64,000 nucleotides of DNA from an uncultured Lachnospiraceae bacterium (lineage in GTDB: Bacteria > Bacillota > Clostridia > Lachnospirales > Lachnospiraceae), in the NCBI GenBank assembly GCA_947174665.1, contig CAMWJV010000005.1:356-64355 (forward strand), written 5' to 3'. Below are positions 48,711 through 58,900 of this stretch, in pieces. Below the pieces are notes generated by a model. That model worked only from the letters and a program-made list of their open reading frames with translations. It made no database searches and was not told the origin of the DNA. Positions within the stretch are counted from its first letter, which is position 1. Each line of letters starts with the position of its first letter. A program made the position numbers and the translations under genes.

Positions 48711-50708
48711 CTATCTGATATGTGTTGCTGTATCTATTTCTTTACCTTCGACATCCTTGTCTTTCGTTATGCTGTAGCTCTTACCAACATATTCTCCGAG
48801 ATTTACAGCAGCATACTCCCAGTCTTTCTGCATAACAGCCATTATCACCTGATTAGCAGTCTTCGGAAGTATTTTACAGATATTATCAATATGAATTTCA
48901 TCCACGTTTGAGAATGGTGCGTCCATAACAAGTGGATATACCTGACCTAACTGCATTTCCTCATCATCAAGTATTCTGTCCTTGGCCATTGATACAAGGC
49001 TCGCTATAAAAGCAAAGCTCTTAACCGCCTTTAATCCGTCTGACTCTTCTGTAGTAATATCGCTATACTTAACACGATATTTGTCATCGATTGTAATAGA
49101 TCTCTCGCCATGATACATTTTTGCAAAATTAGAATTAACTCGCCGCTGTAATTCATAACGCACCGTATCTTCTTTCGCTTTATATGTATCTGAAAGCCAC
49201 TCTTGAACCATTGATACATATGTAATATATCGCACCAGCCGACTGTTTTTTGTGCTACTCTTTGCAAACTTGGCAATAGCATCCTCACAATTTCTAATAT
49301 CTCTCTGGCACCCTCCTATGTCTATAACCGCCTGATCATAATCGGATTTTGCTTCTAAATACTTTGTGTGAGCCTCGTGGCGTTTATTTTCTATGGTTTT
49401 TGCGTCCGTATCATCAATAATCAGTTTTGACTTCTCTCCTGCTTCATCCTGTAGTTCTCCAATATGGCGCTGTATCCCTCGAATCTCCTTATACTTTTCC
49501 TCTATATCGGTAAAAAAAGATTCACTACCGGAAAGATATCCTTCTGCCTTGTTCTTATAGTTCATAACCACCGCGCCTATAGTCTCTGGTGGCAGCTTCC
49601 TTCTTTCCTGCATCACCAGTTGGTATGGCTGACTTCCAGGATCGAGATGTGTGCCACAAATACATATTTTTCTGTTTATTAAATAATCAATGGAGTCCTG
49701 GTTCATTCCGGGAACACATTCAACCTGATCATTAATTTCCTGTAAAACCTCCAAAGATTTTTTTATAGATGGCATTCCAAAGAATGCATATGGTCTTTTG
49801 TTAAACAAATCAACATATGCTCTAATGGCATTTTCCAGACGAATTTCCTCGTTAATCAATGCCTTTGATATTCTATCTCTTTCCTCTTTTGCTTTCTTTA
49901 CCTGTTCAACATTGCTTTTTGAAAGCTCAACATTATATTCGCTCTCTTGCTTCTGATAGTATTCCATTTCAGCCTGAGCGTTATCTCTGGTTTCTTTGTA
50001 TTGCTGAAGCTTCTTATTTGCTGTTCCTAAACTATCCTGTGCAGCTTGCGCTTTAGCATCTCCCGACGTATCAATATTGCTCGAAAATTTCTTTAACGCC
50101 TCCTTTATATGATCGCGAGCATTTTCCAAAACATCCAGGCGCATGAGCCCTCGAACAGCATTCGAAAGATCCGTCCTATTTGCAATTCCTGATATTCGTT
50201 CTCCTCCAAAAAAGAAATAATCCGAAAGGTCTTGCGGCAGTACCCTATCTATTGATTCCGATATATTTTCTCTCCGTATGTCAGTCTTTGTTTGACCATC
50301 TGCCTGCAAATATGTAAGGGACAAATCTTCCTCCGGCTTTTTATTCAACCCCACAAATAGTTTTCCATCAGCCCTGGTTCGCTCATTACACAGGTATGTG
50401 TACTTTCTTTTAAGCGTATACATCTTGTCGCCGTTGGAATCCTGATGCGAAAAAGTAACCGCAACCCATACCTCTTGCATATCGCCAACATTCATGTTAT
50501 CACGCACTTCACTGTTAAGAAGAACTGGATCTTCAAACCCGTTTTTAGCATAAAAGCACCACTCAAACGCCCGAATAATCGTCGTTTTACCTGAGGTGTT
50601 TACACCAATGAGCACAGTAACATTTTTATCCAAATCAGTAGAAAACTCAACTTCTTGTAAGCCAATGTACTGTCTAAAGTTATACATTTCCAGCTTATGA
50701 ATAATCAT
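48711..50708 (-). CDS. SMC/Rad50-like ABC ATPase with CxC hook (PbeC/DndD-like)
   Basis: NFRQY, GVNTSGKTT Walker A, FFFGGE, central CICG, VMDAPFS Walker B/D-loop, coiled coils. Confidence 0.88.
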   Translation of the reverse strand: MIIHKLEMYNFRQYIGLQEVEFSTDLDKNVTVLIGVNTSGKTTIIRAFEWCFYAKNGFEDPVLLNSEVRDNMNVGDMQEVWVAVTFSHQDSNGDKMYTLKRKYTYLCNERTRADGKLFVGLNKKPEEDLSLTYLQADGQTKTDIRRENISESIDRVLPQDLSDYFFFGGERISGIANRTDLSNAVRGLMRLDVLENARDHIKEALKKFSSNIDTSGDAKAQAAQDSLGTANKKLQQYKETRDNAQAEMEYYQKQESEYNVELSKSNVEQVKKAKEERDRISKALINEEIRLENAIRAYVDLFNKRPYAFFGMPSIKKSLEVLQEINDQVECVPGMNQDSIDYLINRKICICGTHLDPGSQPYQLVMQERRKLPPETIGAVVMNYKNKAEGYLSGSESFFTDIEEKYKEIRGIQRHIGELQDEAGEKSKLIIDDTDAKTIENKRHEAHTKYLEAKSDYDQAVIDIGGCQRDIRNCEDAIAKFAKSSTKNSRLVRYITYVSMVQEWLSDTYKAKEDTVRYELQRRVNSNFAKMYHGERSITIDDKYRVKYSDITTEESDGLKAVKSFAFIASLVSMAKDRILDDEEMQLGQVYPLVMDAPFSNVDEIHIDNICKILPKTANQVIMAVMQKDWEYAAVNLGEYVGKSYSITKDKDVEGKEIDTATHIR

Positions 50709-50866
50709 TTTTTATCCACCTCCTGCATGATAAGTTTATATATCTTATCAATCATAGCAGCCCTAGACTCTTTTTTTACTATGTTATCAGTCTCAGCCTC
50801 CAGAATTCTCAGTTTGATTGTATCGAGCTTCTTCTCATCTATTTCATCATTCAAATTCGTCACCAT
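50705..50866 (-). CDS. Unannotated 53-aa protein MVTNLNDEIDEKKLDTIKLRILEAETDNIVKKESRAAMIDKIYKLIMQEVDKK (PbeB-like position)
   Basis: Manual translation; GGAGGG RBS inside the helicase 3' end; its TGA overlaps the ATPase ATG (ATGA). Confidence 0.75.
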   Translation of the reverse strand: MVTNLNDEIDEKKLDTIKLRILEAETDNIVKKESRAAMIDKIYKLIMQEVDKK

Positions 50867-53009
50867 CGCATGCACCCTCCAATTCTTCCGTGGTTATTGA
50901 ATATGCCGATTCAAGATCATTTATAAGATCATCTGAGTCTCTAGAGTTCTTTGCAATCTCCCCGAACTCCTTAATTCTCAGCAGTTCCCTTCTAGCCAAC
51001 GCCCTCTCACAATTGTAGCCTGGGCTATATGGATTCACTTCATCCAATGGTCGTGTTAATGTCACGAAATCATATATAACAGCATATGGTTTATCTTTCG
51101 CTAATCTCAGCACTCTTCCGCGGCGCTGAATATATTCTTTCGGATTTGTCGTACTAGCAAGTATGAACGCTGTTTTTATACTTGGAATATTAACGCCTTC
51201 ATCCAAACACTTTATGGCTACAATCGCCTGATACGGTTCCGCCATTGCAAATCGTCTTTTTATTACATCCCTTTCCTCTGCAGATTCGTTAGCAGTAAAA
51301 TGCGTTACCTTCATTCCGAACTCATTACCGAGAATCTTGGAGACCGCAACAATCTGTCTTTCGCCCTCTTCATCTACTTCAGATACATCCGCATCAAAGG
51401 TCTGTACTCTTGTAGCACCGCAGTATACAAGCATATGCGTGTCATCTTTATACTTTTTCATAAGATCACGTAACGCATCCAGCTTAGACTTTGCCCCAGC
51501 AACTATCCTGGCCCTTTGCAAAAGAAGACTCTTTCCCTTTTCCGTAATGTTCAGCTTTCCATGCTTATTTCTGTGACATTCCTTGGATGCCAAATAGGAT
51601 ATTTCCTTATATCTTTCAAGTTCTTCATTATCGAGATGCACCAATACCGGATAATAATAATACGGGGTCAGCTTTTTCTCTTTAATAGCTCGATTTAAAT
51701 CATACTCAATACACTTCTCACCAAAATAATCCTTTAAGCACTGTGTTCCCTCTTCATCTCCGTGTCGGTCAAGAGTGGCCGATAGAGCTAATCTATAATC
51801 AATATTTTTATATAATCTTTTTCTCAAAGTGGTTGAACCAAAATTATGTGCTTCATCCACCAGAAGCAATGTATCAGCCCCCAGCTTTGACATCTGCTCC
51901 GTCACAAACTTTGAAGAATACGTCGCATTAGTCGTAACAAAACAGAATGTGTCAATTATTCCGATAGAAAAGTCTATCACATCATTTTCAAGCCGCTTCT
52001 TCCAATTCTTCTGCTTTGATGCTGAGTAGCCTATCGCCGGAAGCATATTAAATAATTCTATATCTTCAACCCATTGCTCAACCAAATGCTGATATGGACA
52101 TACTATTATAATTGCCAGCCTTTTCTTTTCCTCAAATAGCCTTACAACAGCACCCAATCCCGTATATGTCTTACCTGTTCCGGTCGCCATGTCAAAAATA
52201 CCGCGATATCCATGATCTCGCCAAGACTCTATCGCACCAACTTGATATTCTCTCAATATGAAGCCATCTGGTAACTTGGGAAATCCTTTTTTCACCTCGG
52301 GTTTTGTTTCTTCTTCCTCTTCATCTATTTCTAGATTGAGTTTTTCCTTCCTTCTAACCCGGAACTTTTCCCTTACCACTTCTGGAAACTCTATTACTTC
52401 AAGGTCCTTATCCTGATCATTCCATAACAGTTCGAAATCGTGCTGCATTTCGTCAGCATAGTCTTTTGATTCTTCCCATGAATTAAAAACAACAATCGAC
52501 TCATAGTTGTTATGGAATGCATTTAAAGTTTCATTTAACGATCCGGTAAAAACCACTTTGTTTCCATATTCGTCAGTAACTATACCTACTTTCTCATGGT
52601 ACATGCCCATCTCTTTGTTTGGTGGTGTAAATGCCACCTTGATTTCCAGAAACCCTTCTTCTATAAGGTATGCCAGCCAGTTTAAACGTTCCTCCTGAAA
52701 ATAATTCTCCGGTTCGCGGAACTCCCGCATAAGAGCTTCACCAATTATTTCCTTTTTTTCATATCCTTTATTGATTGCATCAATATCCTCTTGGGACAAA
52801 AGCGGAGAAACAATAAACTGTATACGTCCCTTGTTTTTTATCATCCCCGATATTCCTTTTGTCAGATCAATCAACGCTGTTGACGAAAAGTATCCAACCG
52901 CACGCTGGTAAAGCACCGCTTCTTTCAGAACCGGTGTGTAGAATTCTTTAATAATGTCGTTCTTATATGTCTTATAATGCTTCAGAAGCGTTAAATCCTT
53001 AAATGACAT
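50847..53009 (-). CDS. PLD-like nuclease plus SF2 helicase (PbeA-like, phosphorothioation-associated restriction enzyme type)
   Basis: RAVGYFSS, YHEKVG...FTGSLNET (PLD); MATGTGKT, VDEAH, LALSAT, CLDEGVNIP, QRRGRVLR. Confidence 0.88.
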   Translation of the reverse strand: MSFKDLTLLKHYKTYKNDIIKEFYTPVLKEAVLYQRAVGYFSSTALIDLTKGISGMIKNKGRIQFIVSPLLSQEDIDAINKGYEKKEIIGEALMREFREPENYFQEERLNWLAYLIEEGFLEIKVAFTPPNKEMGMYHEKVGIVTDEYGNKVVFTGSLNETLNAFHNNYESIVVFNSWEESKDYADEMQHDFELLWNDQDKDLEVIEFPEVVREKFRVRRKEKLNLEIDEEEEETKPEVKKGFPKLPDGFILREYQVGAIESWRDHGYRGIFDMATGTGKTYTGLGAVVRLFEEKKRLAIIIVCPYQHLVEQWVEDIELFNMLPAIGYSASKQKNWKKRLENDVIDFSIGIIDTFCFVTTNATYSSKFVTEQMSKLGADTLLLVDEAHNFGSTTLRKRLYKNIDYRLALSATLDRHGDEEGTQCLKDYFGEKCIEYDLNRAIKEKKLTPYYYYPVLVHLDNEELERYKEISYLASKECHRNKHGKLNITEKGKSLLLQRARIVAGAKSKLDALRDLMKKYKDDTHMLVYCGATRVQTFDADVSEVDEEGERQIVAVSKILGNEFGMKVTHFTANESAEERDVIKRRFAMAEPYQAIVAIKCLDEGVNIPSIKTAFILASTTNPKEYIQRRGRVLRLAKDKPYAVIYDFVTLTRPLDEVNPYSPGYNCERALARRELLRIKEFGEIAKNSRDSDDLINDLESAYSITTEELEGACDGDEFE

Positions 53010-53029
53010 TCCGCCTCCTCCTTCCGCTC

Positions 53030-53224
53030 TTATTCCAGCACTTCAAAATCCATATCGCCCATAATATCCTTTGCTTTTTCGTCTGATGTTTCCACACACA
53101 CTCCACAATAAGCCTTATCCTGAACCGGAGTAGGTACCACCTTGCATTCTATATTTTCATTATTAAGTATTTCTTCTGCTTTAAAGACATCGCTTGTGCT
53201 ATAAAAAACAATATGCATATACAA
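53030..53224 (-). CDS. DUF3343-family small protein (putative S/Se carrier)
   Basis: IVFYST...KAE..L...I....VPTP......CG pattern; abuts the desulfurase stop. Confidence 0.75.
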   Translation of the reverse strand: MYMHIVFYSTSDVFKAEEILNNENIECKVVPTPVQDKAYCGVCVETSDEKAKDIMGDMDFEVLE

Positions 53225-54346
53225 TCACCTGCTTCTTAACGTATCCAAGAGCTGATCTATCTCAGCCTTTTTATTTTTATAATTCAAACTGATTCTTACC
53301 GCCCCAGATTCAACAGTCCCTATTGCTTCGTGTGCCAAAATAGCGCAATGAATACCACCCCGAGCGCATATTCCTTTGCTATCTAAAAGCGAAATGGTTT
53401 TGTCCGAAGACAAATCATCTATCGTAAAGCAACAGGTAGCCACCCGCTCATTCTCTATGTCGTACACCTTTACCCCATCTATGTCTGTCAGCCCTTGAAG
53501 CAGATAGGTCATCAGCGCCTTCTCTTCTCTTCTTATAGTATCAGAATGCGCCGTTATAAATTCTATCCCCGTCTTAAGCGCCCAAATAGCAGGCATATTC
53601 AATGTCCCTGCTTCATATCCTTCCGGGAAAATGTCCGGATTCACATAATTTTCCCCATGTATACCAGTCCCCCCTTGGATCAATGGTATGAAATGCGCTT
53701 TTGACTCACAGCACAATCCGCCCACGCCCGGAATACCATACAAATCCTTATGACCTGTGAATGCCAAAAAATCGATTTGAGACTCTGTCATGTTCAAAGC
53801 CAATTTTCCGGCACCCTGCGAAGAATCAACAAAAGTAATAATGCCCTTTGTATGAAAGAATTTCATCCAATCTTCTTTATATATAATTCTTCCTGTCAGG
53901 TTACTTGCCAACGTCAACGCTAACATCCGCGTATTTTCATTTGCATATTTTTCAAGAAGAGTATCCGCCTCCAACCCCAAATCCTCTCTGCTTATGACAG
54001 AGTAGTCAATGATTCCTTTTTGTTTGAGGTCTTGTAATGGTCTTAGAACGGCGTTATGTTCGTAGCATGAAATAATTACATGATCACCTTTTTTCAGAAG
54101 TCCTTTAAACAGTAAGTTTATTGCTTCCGTTGAATTCTTTGTAAAAACCACTCTTTCAGGATGAGACATGCCAAAATACTTTCCCACCGCTGTCCGTGAT
54201 TTATAGAGCATACGGGAAGCCTCTATCCCAAGAGAATAGCTTCCTCTCCCTGGACTCACGCCAACATCACGAAGGTAATAGTTCACTGCCTCAATGACTT
54301 CATCCGGCTTATATTTAGTTGTAGCGGCATTATCAAAATATATCAT
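53225..54346 (-). CDS. Cysteine desulfurase, group II (SufS/Csd-like) (SspA role)
   Basis: IYFDNAATT, EHNAV, DSSQ, FTGHK, EAGT, RGGIHCA; start 54346 overlaps the upstream TGA. Confidence 0.92.
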   Translation of the reverse strand: MIYFDNAATTKYKPDEVIEAVNYYLRDVGVSPGRGSYSLGIEASRMLYKSRTAVGKYFGMSHPERVVFTKNSTEAINLLFKGLLKKGDHVIISCYEHNAVLRPLQDLKQKGIIDYSVISREDLGLEADTLLEKYANENTRMLALTLASNLTGRIIYKEDWMKFFHTKGIITFVDSSQGAGKLALNMTESQIDFLAFTGHKDLYGIPGVGGLCCESKAHFIPLIQGGTGIHGENYVNPDIFPEGYEAGTLNMPAIWALKTGIEFITAHSDTIRREEKALMTYLLQGLTDIDGVKVYDIENERVATCCFTIDDLSSDKTISLLDSKGICARGGIHCAILAHEAIGTVESGAVRISLNYKNKKAEIDQLLDTLRSR

Positions 54347-55944
54347 TGAGTACCTTTCCTTGACGACAAAACATCGCACATAATGCAGCCATTGTAGAAC
54401 TTAGCAATACAGTGTTTACAATGCTGACATTTCTTATCGTCAATCGTATATTTCCCATGAATAGTATCAATCGCACCATATGGACAAGTTGAATCGCATG
54501 CTGAACATCTAATACAAAACTGATATTTACGCATTTGGCACTTAATTCTATTCACAAGGTTCGTCGCATCGATTCGTTCTTCCGGCAATAACTTTATTAC
54601 CGTTGTTCCATATGTAAGGATTAGTTCACATATCTTTCTGTACTCTCCAGATTTATCTTTGTCAGAAATCTGAACATATGTAGCATCCTTTTTTTCAATA
54701 ACCTTCAAATCTCCTAAAGGTTTGAACAGTTCCAACACATCTTTCTGAAGTTTCTTTTCAATAATTACATTTCTCGCACGATCTGACAGATTACAAGGTG
54801 TATCCGCAATAGTAACATTTTTATCCTTCAGACCACTGGCACCTCTACGTATTCTCCATTTGCCCTCTTCATAATAATTATCAGGATCAGTCTTACCAGT
54901 GCGCTCCGCGAACTCGTATACCATATCCTTCCATCTTTGCATGTCTTCCGGATGATATATCTCGGTAAGCATCATCGACCAATCAGAATTGTTAGGGCAA
55001 CACCAACATCCAACTCTCTTATAGCCATACTGGTAGCAATCGTTTATCAAAAGGTCTTTTGCCAATATGTAAAGCCAAACATCATAATCTGTCCATTCAA
55101 TAATCGGCATCGCATTTACTTGCGAAGATATCTTCGAAGTTTCCTGCGTCCTGTTATATCCAGCTCTGGCAACAGATTCGCTATGTCTTATACCAAGAAA
55201 TGTCAAGCTATTCCCCGGAAGATTATCATACTCTTTATTCAGGTTACTCGTTTTAAATATCGTACAGCACCAACGCTCATGCTGGCTTGGTGGTCCGAAC
55301 ACTTTACATAGCTTAAAAAAGTCATTGTCCGTCTCGCTGGGAATCATAGGTACCCTTGGATTCTCTCTCCTGAACTTCTCGGTAACATATGTGTATGTTT
55401 CCTTGAATTCTAATGTTGTATCCCCAAACATATGGATGACAGTATTATCCTGCAAGGCATCCATTACAAGCCTGCTCACCACGGTCGAATCTTTTCCTCC
55501 GGAAAAAGAAACTGTGGGTATATAATTATCTCCCTTGTATTTGTTCAAGGAATTTACAATATATTGTTCTGCCTCATATACCAGCTGATTGAGATATACC
55601 TCGTTGGCCTTAACAACGGAAATATATGGAGAATAATCCCTATCAACCTCTATGTTGTTTCTTAACTCTTCTGCTACCACTAAATGTTTTTTAGCTTTGT
55701 ACCATTCTCTATATGGTATCTTAACTATTTTCTCGTCGATATAGTATTTACTTGCTCCCAAATACCAAATACTCTGATCACCATAATCACAGCCCATGAT
55801 CTTCTCCAGCAATTTCCTTTCTTGCTTGAATACCGGATTGCATATGGAGCCTACAGATATCTTTACTGATTCTCCATCACAGGAGCAACTATGCAAGCCT
55901 TTATCGAACACCGGGGTCTTGCATTTTTTGCACCAATAAATCAT
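54343..55944 (-). CDS. PAPS-reductase-family PP-loop protein with C-terminal ferredoxin (SspD/DndC-like)
   Basis: SFSGGKDS, DTTLEF, RWCC, GIRHSES, RVGCWCCP; N-terminal CKKC..CSC; C-terminal CIRCSACDSTCP and CQHCKHC. Confidence 0.9.
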   Translation of the reverse strand: MIYWCKKCKTPVFDKGLHSCSCDGESVKISVGSICNPVFKQERKLLEKIMGCDYGDQSIWYLGASKYYIDEKIVKIPYREWYKAKKHLVVAEELRNNIEVDRDYSPYISVVKANEVYLNQLVYEAEQYIVNSLNKYKGDNYIPTVSFSGGKDSTVVSRLVMDALQDNTVIHMFGDTTLEFKETYTYVTEKFRRENPRVPMIPSETDNDFFKLCKVFGPPSQHERWCCTIFKTSNLNKEYDNLPGNSLTFLGIRHSESVARAGYNRTQETSKISSQVNAMPIIEWTDYDVWLYILAKDLLINDCYQYGYKRVGCWCCPNNSDWSMMLTEIYHPEDMQRWKDMVYEFAERTGKTDPDNYYEEGKWRIRRGASGLKDKNVTIADTPCNLSDRARNVIIEKKLQKDVLELFKPLGDLKVIEKKDATYVQISDKDKSGEYRKICELILTYGTTVIKLLPEERIDATNLVNRIKCQMRKYQFCIRCSACDSTCPYGAIDTIHGKYTIDDKKCQHCKHCIAKFYNGCIMCDVLSSRKGTQ

Positions 55945-55956
55945 AGACTGTCACCT

Positions 55957-58900
55957 CTAACCAATAATCTCCTTCATAATCTCGGTCAAAATCGAAATCT
56001 TCTCTTCATAGCTGATAGATTCTCCAAAATCACCCAATGTGTTTTTCATCTTCTTCAGCATAGTCTTTCCCGTAGCAGACAATTTCTCATGAGAAAACTG
56101 AGTAATCAAAGGAACTCCATCCGCAGATTCAATGGTAATTTTCATCTCGCCCTGCTGCAGACCATCTTCCGGATTATACTCATTCAATTTATTAACAACA
56201 TCTCTAAGGATTTCCTCAAAATCATTAATCTTGTTATCCGCCCAATATGTAAGTTCAAAACCCGTCGTTGCTTTTGCAAGTTCCAAAACAAAATGCTCTT
56301 CATCCATCTCGGATGATCTCGAAACAAGATCAAGAACATTGTTTGTTGTGTAATCAAATGCTTTCTGGCTTTTCTCTTCCCACTCATCACGATACATATT
56401 CTGCATATGCTGAATCAAATCATCCGAGTCATCTACGTCAAACACCTGCTTAATCACACGCACAACTCTTATATATAATTTTTCGCCTACAGATTCCAGT
56501 TCTTCCTTTATGTTTCCAATCTGAATCACAAGTTCCTGCAAATCACTATTTAGCCGTGGCAACATCTCAAAGAAGAACGCATTGTAGTCCTTATACGAAA
56601 TATTAAGTATATTTCTGTACTCCTTTGCCAATTCAGAAATATACACTTCTGTGGTTCTTGCACTCTTAGAAATCGAAGCATAATGTGTGTTAATAGCTCG
56701 GAACAATTCTTCTAATCTATTAAGTCCATCTCCCTTTGGGAGATAATCAGCGAACAGTTTTTCCAGCCCCTCAATATATGTGCTCTCTTCTTCATTCCAG
56801 TTACAAATAAATAATGTATAGTTCTCTGGCTCAGATAATGCTTTAACCAGTTCTTCCTCTGTATACGAATGTTCATTGCCATGGAAATACAGAGAAACAT
56901 TCTGATAATCACGTAATGCATACGCAAGTAAAACAGGAATTACCCCGTCCCTCAATCCGTATGGTTCCGTTTTTAGCATTTCATATAACTCACTCAATGC
57001 AAGACGTTCACTTCCTGCTCTACGCAGTTTTCGCTGAATGGCATTCATCACCGGATTCCCTGACACTGTGTGCCTCTCATCTGGCAAATAATTCAAGGAT
57101 TCCTCTGCTATGCGATTTTCCTCTTTTACCGTATTGTTGTCTGCGATTCCGGTCTTGGATAATGTGGCTCTCAGAATATTGTACTCTGGCGACAGCGTAG
57201 AACATCCATCATATATATCCTCTTGCCACATGATACATTCTATTGCTTTCTTCCGCGCAAGTCTGATAGCACCTGTCAGGTTATTCTTGTTTAGCAAATC
57301 ATTGTTTACCCTAGGCGTTCTGTTAAATGTAGCATCCATAATATCTGAAAGCACATCAGAAAGCTCCTTCTCAGATGCGACCTCAATGAGGCTGCCGCTA
57401 TTTATTACAAACGTTCCCGGATCCCGAAGCATTCTCCACTTACGGATTAACTCATTGACAATAGCTTCCTGTTCGCTTGAGTATAACGATAATTCATTGA
57501 CGACAGTTGGGTCATCCTCAGCAAGTTCCTCTTTCTTGGAATAAAAATACTGAAGTGCAATATAACGCTTTACTTCTTCCTCAACTGCTTTTGATTTTCC
57601 GTTAACGACAAGAAGTGTACGCTTAGGCAAACCTAACATCTGAGCATATTCTTTTTCATCTGCCTGATCATCCAGAACAAAAATTACAGTGCCATCATAA
57701 TACTTCGGTAATGTATTATGAAAAGACTTCTTGGTTAACTCACCCTTGGTTGCAAAGGCTGGAATAAAAACTCGATTAATGTAATAAGTTTCATTGTATC
57801 TGTATGGATATAACGCAAAATCAGCGAATTTCTCGTTCAAAATCCGAACTACCATTTCATCATTAATGCTAGGGAGTTTATCCTCTATCATCTTCTCCAA
57901 ATCAAATATGCTACTATCAAAATAATCATAGTACCCATATTGACGCATGTATTTAATGATCTTTTTCTTTTCAAGACTCTCAATTGCATTTGACACTTCT
58001 TGTTGATCGCCATCAATCACACAACACAAAGTATCTCTATCGGCAATCAGCACATCTGTATCAGCTATTATGCTGATTACTGCCATTGTCTTCAGTATCT
58101 TTATTTGATATCCCTTTTTATCAGTTCCAAGCTTATTCAATGCATACTGAAGTTTTTTGTATACGGCATAGGCTTCATCCGTCTTGAAAGACTTTATATT
58201 CAGTTCGAAATAATCATATATGGCATCAAGCCCAATAAAATGGAACTCTTTAATATTATAGTTTTGCAGCTGTGAAAACAAAGTATTGTCTTCGTCGCCA
58301 GCCAGATACGTAAAAAATGTACGCTCGTTCTGTGCCACCTTTTTTGATAATCTATCAAGTGCAAAAAGCGTTATGGGATGGAGCGGGAACCCATCCTCAA
58401 ACGCCGAACCCCCATTCGTTTCCGGCGGAAGCATGAATCCCTTAAAATCCCATGCCTGGCTATATAAATTATTTAAAGTCTTTTCGAACTTATTCTTAAA
58501 TGTTTTCCAGTGAGACTGGTTCTTCGGAATAATATTACCAATAAGTGACAGGCATTGGTCATATTTTATATTAATAGAAGTTGCCTTAAATCTACCCTCA
58601 ACCTTTTTCCACTCATCACTGATGCTCTTTTTCATTTTACTGGTATAAAGCGACAGCTGCTTGTGTGAAACCAGAATCAAATGATTATCATAATCCGAGT
58701 GATCACAATATTCGGCCAAATCCTGAACGGATTTAACTTTAAGAACTTCTCCATAATCTTCTACATATCGACCAAATTCATCAAAGACAAGCACAATGCC
58801 CCTATACGTATCCTTGATCGCCTCATTGGCATAATTCATATTATCTATAAGGTTCCCCGCCGTGCTATTAAATGCTGCGCCATAGGACATACCTGAATAT

